The position numbers and the translations under genes were made by a program. The notes beneath the pieces are model-generated. The model was not told where the DNA came from, made no database searches, and was given only the letters and a program-made list of their open reading frames with translations. Shown here piece after piece: positions 56,434 to 64,000 of a stretch of DNA of 64,000 nt. The stretch lies in assembly GCF_003790525.1 (NCBI RefSeq), contig NZ_CP033635.1; one strand, given 5' to 3'. The first letter of the stretch is position 1. Each line of letters begins with the position of its first letter. The stretch comes from Escherichia coli (GTDB taxonomy: Bacteria; Pseudomonadota; Gammaproteobacteria; Enterobacterales; Enterobacteriaceae).

Positions 56434-56764
56434 ATCAGCAGCAGAGCGCAAAGCCGCGCAGCGCGCTCGGCAGTCCGCCGCCGGTGAGCGCAAAATTGAA
56501 CTGGTGCTGGATAAGCAGGAGCAGGAAATGCTGGCGCGGAACTGCGCCGCCCGGCGCCCTGGTCACGATCCCTATGAAATGGCCGAGTACATCGCGCTGC
56601 TGATCCGCCAGGATGATGCACGTGTGCGCGGGCGTATAAAATCGATCAGTAGAAAACGTTGCGGTAAGTGCGGCGAGAGAGTTCCAGTTAATTCATGTCC
56701 GTGTAATGGTGACTCGCAATGCTGGGTGACTAAAGGCTGGCATGAAACGAAATTAATAGTGTGA
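56423..56764 (+). CDS. Cys-rich hypothetical protein upstream of terminase
   Basis: 113-aa ORF with basic N-terminus and C-terminal CGKCG...CPCNGDSQC. Confidence 0.4.
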   Translation: MMAKSAAERKAAQRARQSAAGERKIELVLDKQEQEMLARNCAARRPGHDPYEMAEYIALLIRQDDARVRGRIKSISRKRCGKCGERVPVNSCPCNGDSQCWVTKGWHETKLIV

Positions 56765-56882
56765 CATGTCACGAGTAGATTATGCATGATGAATTTGATG
56801 GGTTTTGAATACTGCCGCCAACTATGGCGGCTTTATTTTGCATGGTACTATTACCACAACGGTAACTATTACCACGGTGGTT

Positions 56883-57479
56883 ATGATGCCTGCTGAACCT
56901 AAAACCTATAAACGCAAATCAACGCAATTTAAGCCGCTCACAGCAATGCAGGAGGCTTATTGCCAGTCATACATCAAAACGCCTGAAAACCAGACTCAGG
57001 CAGCGATTAACGCAGGATTCTCCCCAAATACAGCGGCAGTTAAAGCCAGTGTCATGATGCGCGATGAACGCATTCAAAAACGGATTGCCGAGTTGATGGA
57101 GGAGCGCAACAAACGAATGCGCGTCAGTGCTGATTACGTTCTCATGCGCCTGGTGGAGATCGACCAGATGGACGTGATCGATATCCTCAACGACGATGGG
57201 AGCCTTAAACCAATCCGTGAGTGGCCGAAAATCTGGCGCACTACGCTTAGTGGCTTTGATCTGTCATCGACCATCATGAACATGAACGAGGATTCGATAG
57301 AGACAATCCTCAAAAAAATTAAATGGCCTGACAAGGTGAAGAACCTCGAACTGATTGGTAAGCACGTCGACGTTAACGCGTTCAAAGAACGTCTGGATGT
57401 TAATGTGAATGTGACAATTGCTGATCGCATAGCAGCAGCCAGGAAGCGACTCAAAGAACGTCAGGATGGTAATCAGTGA
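56883..57479 (+). CDS. Terminase small subunit
   Basis: Positioned immediately before terL with GTGA stop/start overlap; start inferred at MMPAEPKTYKRK. Confidence 0.5.
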   Translation: MMPAEPKTYKRKSTQFKPLTAMQEAYCQSYIKTPENQTQAAINAGFSPNTAAVKASVMMRDERIQKRIAELMEERNKRMRVSADYVLMRLVEIDQMDVIDILNDDGSLKPIREWPKIWRTTLSGFDLSSTIMNMNEDSIETILKKIKWPDKVKNLELIGKHVDVNAFKERLDVNVNVTIADRIAAARKRLKERQDGNQ

Positions 57480-58950
57480 CAGATACAGCGTTATCTCCTG
57501 AAGAGCAGTTGATCGAGGATATTGCAGGGTTCACTCACGATCCGCTTGGCTATGCCCTCTATGCGTTCCCGTGGGGGAAGAGGGTACTGAACTGGCACAT
57601 GCCACCGGCCCACGTCAGTGGCAGGCTGATGCGTTCCGAGAGATACGTGATCACCTGCAGAATCCAGAGACGCGCTATCAGCCGCTTATGCTGGCACGCG
57701 CTTCTGGTCACGGTATTGGTAAATCCGCATTCATCTCAATGCTGATCAACTGGGGCATGTCCACTTGCGAGGATTGTAAGGTCGTGGTGACCGCCAACAC
57801 CGACAACCAGCTACGAACTAAGACCTGGCCGGAAATTATCAAGTGGTCGAACCTTGCTATCACGAAAGACTGGTTTACCTGTACCGCTACCGCGATGTAC
57901 AGCAATGATCCTGGGCACGACAAGCGGTGGCGAGCTGACGCAATCCCTTGGTCTGAGCACAACACTGAGGCATTCGCCGGACTACACAACGAGCGTAAAC
58001 GCATCATCGTGGTATTTGATGAAGCGTCGAACATTGCGGATCTGGTGTGGGAAGTTGCCGAGGGTGCGCTAACGGACGAAGACACTGAGATTATCTGGGT
58101 GGCGTTCGGAAACCCTACACGTAACACCGGACGTTTCCGCGAATGTTTCCGCAAATATAAACACCGCTGGAAAACTGCGCAGATTGACAGCCGAACGGTG
58201 GAAGGCACTAACAAACAGCAGTTGCAGAAATGGGTTGATGACTACGGGGAAGACAGCGACTTCGTTAAAATCCGTGTGCGCGGCATATTCCCTGATGCAT
58301 CTGAATTGCAGTTTATCCCTACCGGTCTTACTGATGAGGCAATGAAACGGGTGGTGACCGCTGCGCAGGTGGCGCATGCTCCGGTGATAATCGGTGTTGA
58401 CCCGGCATATTCAGGCGTTGATGACGCGGTGATATACCTGCGGCAGGGGCTACACAGTAAGGTGCTGTGGACTGGCAACAAGACTACCGACGATCTGATT
58501 ATGGCGAAGCGTATCGCTGACTTTGAAGACCAGTATCAGGCTGACGCGGTGTTCATCGACTTCGGTTACGGAACCGGTTTGAAGTCAATCGGTGATGGCT
58601 GGGGACGTACATGGCAACTTGTTCCGTTCGGTGGCGCGTCTACTGACCCGCAGATGCTCAACAAGCGTGGGGAGATGTTCAACTCATGCAAGACATGGCT
58701 GAGGCTCGGCGGCATGCTGGATGACCAGGAAACTGCAGACGACCTGTCGGCGGCAGAGTACAAAGTTCGTGTGGACGGTAAAATCGTTATCGAACCGAAG
58801 GAAGATATCAAAGAGCGGCTTGGGCGTTCGCCTGGTAAAGGCGATGCGCTACTGCTGACGTTTGCTTTCCCGGTGTCAAAGCGCCTGCGACTTCCCGGGC
58901 AGCAGAACCAGCAAGGCAAGGCGCTTACCGAGTACGATCCATATGCTTAG
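57476..58950 (+). CDS. Terminase large subunit, apparently frameshifted in a G5 run (57573-57577)
   Basis: Coupled GTG start 57476 gives 32 codons in one frame; Walker-A (GHGIGKS) body continues in another frame from 57571; adding one G restores a single ORF. Confidence 0.7.
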
Positions 58951-59765
58951 TCTTTATTTTTATCCTCGAAACCTGATAATCCAGATAGAACACCAAAGTT
59001 ATTAAAAACGTTTGGCTTACCAGATTTTAATCCGGATAAGTTGTGTTGCTCCAAAAAGTTACTAATTGTTTGGCCGTTGCCAAGTGCAAGGCTTTTTATT
59101 TGAGATTTTTCAGGGTATTTGAGTTTGTATTCGTCGAAATCATTTTGGAGGGTCTTATATGCCTCATTCATTCTTCCAAGAGTTTCCGATATCTCTTTTA
59201 ATGAATGATTTAGAGCTGCTAACTGAGCACTGGCGGATCTCAATTCGTCATCTTTAGCTTTCAACTCGGCAGTCAATTCACCCATACTATTCTTTGATCG
59301 AATAATCTCTTCTTTCATCTCTTGGATGTCTTTTTCCGCGCCAGTCTTAACTTTGTCGTATGTAACATCTTTTTTAGCCAATAACCTCTGCAGTCTTGTT
59401 TCACGCTGGATTTTTCTTGCCTTCAGGTGATTTTCGATTGAGTCATTATTATCAAGAGGCTTTGCTTGCCATACGTTAATGATATTGTTTACCCATGGTA
59501 ATAGGCAGCAGATAGCAATTACAGATAAGCATGGATAAAACATAACAGTTTTCCATGTGCTGTTATCTGAGATATATGAAATTTTATCTATTATGTTTGA
59601 TTTGCTAAAAAATAGATAAAGAATTGATTTCCAGTTGAAGGCGCACCAGGACATAACAAAAGCACCAAGCACAGGGTTTTTGGCTCGATTCACGGCAGTA
59701 TTGGCAGTAGATAAAAACAGCTCTTTGAACGATTCAAACATGCTAATTACCTTGAAGTTTTTCAT
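58947..59765 (-). CDS. AT-rich moron: membrane protein with coiled-coil C-terminal region
   Basis: Start inferred at MKNFKVISMF; two hydrophobic segments then Lys/Glu-rich heptad-like region; opposite strand to structural genes. Confidence 0.55.
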   Translation of the reverse strand: MKNFKVISMFESFKELFLSTANTAVNRAKNPVLGAFVMSWCAFNWKSILYLFFSKSNIIDKISYISDNSTWKTVMFYPCLSVIAICCLLPWVNNIINVWQAKPLDNNDSIENHLKARKIQRETRLQRLLAKKDVTYDKVKTGAEKDIQEMKEEIIRSKNSMGELTAELKAKDDELRSASAQLAALNHSLKEISETLGRMNEAYKTLQNDFDEYKLKYPEKSQIKSLALGNGQTISNFLEQHNLSGLKSGKPNVFNNFGVLSGLSGFEDKNKD

Positions 59766-59769
59766 GATT

Positions 59770-59784
59770 ATACCTTTAAGGTAA
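59770..59784. promoter_or_regulatory. Operator-like palindrome next to moron start, overlapping a TATAAT element
   Basis: On moron strand reads TTACCttaaaGGTATAATcATG. Confidence 0.4.
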
Positions 59785-59801
59785 TTTGCGGTCATCAAGC
59801 A

Positions 59802-59825
59802 AAAAAATGCCCGGCGAACCGGGCG
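59802..59825 (-). terminator. Intrinsic terminator downstream of phage tRNA
   Basis: Minus strand gcccgg-ttcg-ccgggc followed by attttttt. Confidence 0.5.
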
Positions 59826-59987
59826 AACTGGAAGCAATGAGTTATGCCTTCCGTGGCTGTACGGGTTTACAGCATGAAGTCATCGCAATGGCGTCCTGCT
59901 GTAAAAAGGGCGGTGATAGTCCTTCAAGGGAAACCATCACCGCCAAGCCCCTGGAACTTCTGGCATCACGGTCCTTAGGCGTGATTC

Positions 59988-60064
59988 TGGCGCGGCATGC
60001 AGGATTCGAACCTGCGACCAACCGCTTAGAAGGCGGTTGCTCTGTCCAACTGAGCTAATGCCAC
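59988..60064 (-). tRNA. tRNA-Arg (anticodon UCU), phage-encoded
   Basis: 77-nt cloverleaf folded by hand: acceptor GTGGCAT/ATGCCGC, anticodon loop CTTCTAA, T-loop GCAGG-TTCGAAT-CCTGC, encoded CCA. Confidence 0.85.
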
Positions 60065-60386
60065 AACGCTGAGAGCACTTAGCCTGTTAAGGCACCACAC
60101 TTTGTCGCGGCTCCATAAATGCTCTCATCGTTGCACCCTCGTCTCTTCCGAGGTGTCACACCGAATCGCCGGGATGGTGAATCCCCGTGCGCGGAATAAA
60201 ACCGCTCGACTTGCACATTCCGGCTACCTGGTTCGTTTGCCCGAGCAAGGGAGGGTGCCCCTTAAACGTATCCAGACCGCTATCGGCGCATGTGCCATAC
60301 ACCGTACTGCTCAAAATAAAAGCTCACCCCACCTGTTCAATTTAACGACAAGCCAGTCAGGTTAATAACCGGAATGAACTCTTTGC

Positions 60387-60401
60387 TTACCTGAAAGGTA
60401 A
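60387..60401. promoter_or_regulatory. Operator-like palindrome TTACCtgaaaGGTAA upstream of head genes
   Basis: Perfect motif family member, followed by TAATAAT. Confidence 0.4.
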
Positions 60402-60480
60402 TAATTAGTGCAGTATCTACGATAAATAAATCACATGTGGTTAAATTGGTAATAATTTAATTGCGTACGGAGTCATTGAT

Positions 60481-60687
60481 ATGTGCATGGGTAGCTCACC
60501 ATCAGTGCCTGCAACACCAGAAGTTCAGGCAGCACCACAGGAGCAGGATGCCGCCGTTGTTGATGCCCGCGACGAAGAAACTCGTCGCCGTCGCGCTGCT
60601 GCTGGTCGTAGTTCTACGCTGCTTACCGGTTCTCAGGGCGACACATCAACCGCTAATACCAGCGGTAAAACGCTGCTTGGTCAGTAA
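60481..60687 (+). CDS. Small phage protein preceding portal
   Basis: 68-aa ORF with GGAG RBS, tightly followed by portal gene. Confidence 0.35.
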   Translation: MCMGSSPSVPATPEVQAAPQEQDAAVVDARDEETRRRRAAAGRSSTLLTGSQGDTSTANTSGKTLLGQ

Positions 60688-60701
60688 CCGGAGTCATTGA
60701 A

Positions 60702-62381
60702 ATGGCGGAAACAACTAAAGAGCGATTGAACAAACAGTTCGCACAACTTGAAAGCGAGCGTCAGTCGTTCGAGCCGCACTGGCGCGAGTTGAGTGATTAC
60801 ATCAACCCGCGTGGTTCCCGCTTTCTGACTTCTGAGGTCAACCGTAACGATCGACGCAATACACGCATTATTGATTCGACCGGGACTATGGCGGCGCGCA
60901 CTCTCGCCAGCGGCATGATGTCAGGCATCACAAGCCCCGCGCGTCCGTGGTTTCGCCTGGCTACGCCAGATCCTGAAATGATGGATTATGGCCCTGTTAA
61001 GTTGTGGCTTGAGGCGGTGCAGAACCGCATGAACGATATGTTCAATAAGTCGAATCTCTACCAGTCTCTTCCGCAGTTATACGGAAGCCTCGGCACATAC
61101 AGCACTGGTGCAATGGCGGTGCTGGAGGATGACGAGGACATCATTCGCACAATGCCATTCCCGATAGGCAGTTACTACCTGGCTAACTCACCTCGTGGCA
61201 GTGTGGACACCTGTTTTCGCAAGTTCTCTATGACTGTTCGTCAGCTTGTTCAGGAGTTCGGGCTAAATAACGTCAGCGAATCCGTAAAAAGCATGTGGGA
61301 AAGCGGCACCTACGAGAAGTGGATTGAAGTGATGCATTCGGTTTACCCGAACATTGACCGCGATACATCGAAGCTGGATAGCAAGAACAAGCCATTCAAA
61401 TCGGTTTATTACGAGGTTGGTGGCGATAACGACAAGTTGTTGCGTGAGTCCGGATTCGATGAGTTTCCAATTATGGCTCCGCGCTGGGAAGTTAACGGCG
61501 AAGATGTTTATGGATCATCATGCCCGGGTATGCTGGCGCTTGGACCTGTTAAGGCATTGCAGCTTCTCCAGAAGCGCAAGTCGCAGTTGATTGATAAAGC
61601 CACCAATCCGCCGATGGTTGCTCCGACTTCCCTCAAGAATCAGCGCGCCTCCCTTCTTCCTGGCGACATAACGTATATCGATCAGATTACTGGTCAGGAT
61701 GGTTTCAGGCCTGCTTATCTGGTTAACCCCAGTACAGCAGATCTGGTAGCAGACATTCAGGACACCCGCCAAATCATTAACAGCGCCTACTTTGTCGATC
61801 TGTTCATGATGTTGCAGAACATCAATACCCGCTCGATGCCTGTTGAAGCGGTGATCGAAATGAAAGAAGAAAAACTTCTGATGTTGGGGCCGGTTCTGGA
61901 GCGTCTGAACGACGAATGTCTTAATCCTCTCATTGACCGCGCTTTCTCGATGATGGTGCGTAAAAACATGCTGCCGCCACCGCCTGACGCGATGGAAGGT
62001 ATGCCCCTGAAGGTCGAATACATTTCTGTCATGGCTCAGGCGCAGAAGTCTATCGGCCTGTCCAGTCTGGCGTCTACGGTCAACTTCATTGGTCAACTTG
62101 CGCAAGCGAAACCAGAAGCTCTCGACAAACTCAATGTTGATCAGGCGATCGATGCATTCGCTGATATGTCCGGAGTGTCTCCAACCGTCATTGTTCCGCA
62201 GGAACAGGTTGAGCAGGCTCGCCAGCAACGGGCACAGCAGCAACAGCAGCAACAAATGATGGCGATGGGAATGGCGGCGGCACAGGGCGCCAAGACGCTA
62301 AGCGAAGCTAAAACTTCGGATCCGAGTGTTTTGTCAGCTATGGCGAATGCAGTTAGTGGTCAGGGTGGGCAATCACAATGA
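60702..62381 (+). CDS. Portal (head-tail connector) protein
   Basis: 559-aa ORF after terminase; Gln/Ala/Met-rich C-terminal tail reminiscent of podovirus connectors. Confidence 0.65.
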   Translation: MAETTKERLNKQFAQLESERQSFEPHWRELSDYINPRGSRFLTSEVNRNDRRNTRIIDSTGTMAARTLASGMMSGITSPARPWFRLATPDPEMMDYGPVKLWLEAVQNRMNDMFNKSNLYQSLPQLYGSLGTYSTGAMAVLEDDEDIIRTMPFPIGSYYLANSPRGSVDTCFRKFSMTVRQLVQEFGLNNVSESVKSMWESGTYEKWIEVMHSVYPNIDRDTSKLDSKNKPFKSVYYEVGGDNDKLLRESGFDEFPIMAPRWEVNGEDVYGSSCPGMLALGPVKALQLLQKRKSQLIDKATNPPMVAPTSLKNQRASLLPGDITYIDQITGQDGFRPAYLVNPSTADLVADIQDTRQIINSAYFVDLFMMLQNINTRSMPVEAVIEMKEEKLLMLGPVLERLNDECLNPLIDRAFSMMVRKNMLPPPPDAMEGMPLKVEYISVMAQAQKSIGLSSLASTVNFIGQLAQAKPEALDKLNVDQAIDAFADMSGVSPTVIVPQEQVEQARQQRAQQQQQQQMMAMGMAAAQGAKTLSEAKTSDPSVLSAMANAVSGQGGQSQ

Positions 62382-62674
62382 CAGATTACGAAGATGATCA
62401 ACTGAAAGAAGAAAACGCCCGTAAGCAACGTGACATGGCACAGCGTGAAATTGATGACATTCGCTTTGTCATGAGCAGTGAACAGGGGCGTCGCGTTGTC
62501 TGGTCGGTGCTGGAGAAAGGCCGTGTGTTTTCCGCTATCTCACCGATGGACGCTATGGCAATGGCATTTAATGAGGGGCAACGCAATCTGGCGCTGGAAC
62601 TGTTTCAGCGCGTTATGGCGCATTGCCCTGAACAGTATTTGAAGATGGCCAAAGAGGCCAGTGAACAGGAGTGA
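62378..62674 (+). CDS. Hypothetical head-assembly protein
   Basis: 98-aa ORF overlapping stop of portal gene. Confidence 0.35.
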   Translation: MTDYEDDQLKEENARKQRDMAQREIDDIRFVMSSEQGRRVVWSVLEKGRVFSAISPMDAMAMAFNEGQRNLALELFQRVMAHCPEQYLKMAKEASEQE

Positions 62675-63372
62675 TCATGAATTTATTTGAGCGTTTGCTG
62701 TATCGCCGTCTTTGCAATGAGCAACCAGTCGATGGTGGAGCAGCTCCGGCTGCGTCAGAACCGTCAGCGCCTGCAGGTGATAACCCTGCTCCAGTTGGTG
62801 ATCCATCACAACCGGAAGGTGATAAGCCACAACCTGTTGCTGATGGCGATAAACCTGCTGATGACAAAAAGCCTGAAAACGATAAGCAGGATGAAAAAAA
62901 GGACGGCGATAAACCAGAGGGTGCGCCTGAGAAGTACGAGTTTCAGGCTGCCGAAGGCGTAGAGCTGGATACAGAAGCGTTGAAGGAATTCGAGCCGGTG
63001 GCGCGAGAACTAAACCTGACCAACGAGCAAGCGCAAAAGCTGGTTGATGCTTATCCGAAGATTCTGGCAGGTGTTCAGCAGCGCCAGGCAGAAGCCTGGC
63101 AGAAAACAACCGAGCAGTGGGCTACGGATGTAAAAGCTGACAAAGAAATCGGTGGCGACAAGTTGATTTCTAACCTTAGCGCCGCACAGCGTGCGCTTGA
63201 CCAGTTCGGGACACCTGAACTCAAAGAATATCTGAACACCACCGGGCTGGGTAATCACCCTGATCTGGTCAAAACGTTCGTGAAAATCGGAAAGGCGATG
63301 TCTGAAGATGGCATGGTCACCGGTGGTAATGAAGGCCAGCGTAGTGCGGCCGAAGTGCTCTATGGCAAATAA
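62671..63372 (+). CDS. Scaffolding protein (putative)
   Basis: 233-aa acidic Pro/Ala/Asp-rich N-terminus then helical region; between portal and capsid. Confidence 0.45.
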   Translation: MIMNLFERLLYRRLCNEQPVDGGAAPAASEPSAPAGDNPAPVGDPSQPEGDKPQPVADGDKPADDKKPENDKQDEKKDGDKPEGAPEKYEFQAAEGVELDTEALKEFEPVARELNLTNEQAQKLVDAYPKILAGVQQRQAEAWQKTTEQWATDVKADKEIGGDKLISNLSAAQRALDQFGTPELKEYLNTTGLGNHPDLVKTFVKIGKAMSEDGMVTGGNEGQRSAAEVLYGK

Positions 63373-63386
63373 GAGAGGAAATGACA

Positions 63387-64000
63387 ATGGCTGTTAAAGG
63401 CTTAACTGCGCTAACGCTGGCTGACTGGGGTAAGCGCGTCGATCCAAACGGGAAAGTAGATAAGATTATCGAGCTTCTCGGTCAAACTAACCCGATCCTT
63501 CAGGATATGCCTTTTGTCGAAGGGAACCTTCCTACCGGACACCGAACCACCATTCGTTCTGGTTTACCTTCAGCTACCTGGCGTTTGCTGAACTATGGCG
63601 TACAGCCAAGCAAATCAACCACAGTGCAGGTAACCGATTCCGTTGGCATGCTGGAAACCTATGCTGAAGTCGATAAGTCACTGGCTGATCTGAACGGCAA
63701 TACCGCTGAATTCCGCCTGTCTGAAGACCGCGCATTTATTGAAGCGATGAATCAGCAGATGGCGCAGACGCTGTTTTATGGTGATTCCAGCGTTAACCCT
63801 CAGCAGTTTATGGGACTGTCCTCCCGCTATTCCAGCCTGTCTGCGGGTAATGCTCAGAACATCATTGATGCTGGTGGCACGGGTACAGATAACACCTCAA
63901 TCTGGTTAGTGGTGTGGGGCGAAAACACCGTGCATGGCATCTTCCCGAAAGGGCAGAAGGCTGGCATCCAGATGGAAGATAAAGGCCAGGTGACACTGGA
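63387..64000 (+). CDS. Major capsid protein (putative, 5' partial at window end)
   Basis: ORF MAVKGLTALTLADWGKRVDPNGK with GAGAGGAA RBS, runs off window. Confidence 0.4.
   Translation, partial: MAVKGLTALTLADWGKRVDPNGKVDKIIELLGQTNPILQDMPFVEGNLPTGHRTTIRSGLPSATWRLLNYGVQPSKSTTVQVTDSVGMLETYAEVDKSLADLNGNTAEFRLSEDRAFIEAMNQQMAQTLFYGDSSVNPQQFMGLSSRYSSLSAGNAQNIIDAGGTGTDNTSIWLVVWGENTVHGIFPKGQKAGIQMEDKGQVTL

Larger units (their letters stand above)
44460..64000. mobile_element. Prophage (left end near guaA; right end beyond window)
   Basis: Integrase, immunity region, O/P-like replication genes, terminase, portal, scaffold and capsid in phage order; lower-GC moron and phage tRNA. Confidence 0.88.

Noticed and set aside
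57571-58950. Internal GTG at 57571 as the genuine terminase start (no frameshift)
   Set aside because: Not excluded, but the coupled GTGA start at 57476 with 32 in-frame codons ending at the G run, and absence of an SD before 57571, make a frameshift or homopolymer error the better reading.
60102-60365. 87-aa ORF between the phage tRNA and the head genes
   Set aside because: No RBS, odd composition, lies in a regulatory intergenic region containing a palindrome copy; treated as non-coding.
44460-64000. Insertion sequences or transposase genes in the accessory regions
   Set aside because: No transposase-like ORF or terminal inverted repeats recognised; mobility signals are limited to the integrase.

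Overview
Enterobacterial (E. coli-like) chromosome segment with three parts. (1) 1-28067: conserved core, suhB, trmJ, the iscRSUA-hscBA-fdx-iscX Fe-S cluster operon, pepB, sseB, a RyfA-like intergenic locus, sseA, yfhM-pbpC, ndk, rlmN, rodZ, ispG, hisS, yfgM, bamB, der, yfgJ. (2) 28068-39737: an accessory island between yfgJ and xseA encoding an intimin-like inverse autotransporter (SinH-like), a small secreted protein (SinI-like) and a 2691-aa RatA-like protein built from nine tandem ~0.84 kb repeats; this resembles the Salmonella CS54 island. Then xseA, guaB, guaA. (3) 44.4 kb to the window end: a prophage inserted just downstream of guaA, with integrase, orphan adenine methyltransferase, Bet/RecT-like and exonuclease genes, repressor/cro immunity region, O/P-like replication genes, nin-like small genes, terminase, an AT-rich reverse-strand moron beside a phage tRNA-Arg(UCU), then portal, scaffold and capsid start. 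The strongest unexplained signal is a 15-bp palindrome TTACC-N5-GGTAA found at about 11 intergenic sites across the prophage only. Other notable points: an apparent 1-nt frameshift in the terminase large subunit, three paralogous small ORFs sharing an identical 5' end, and the membrane/coiled-coil moron. All calls are from reading the sequence and recalled family knowledge; no database search was run.
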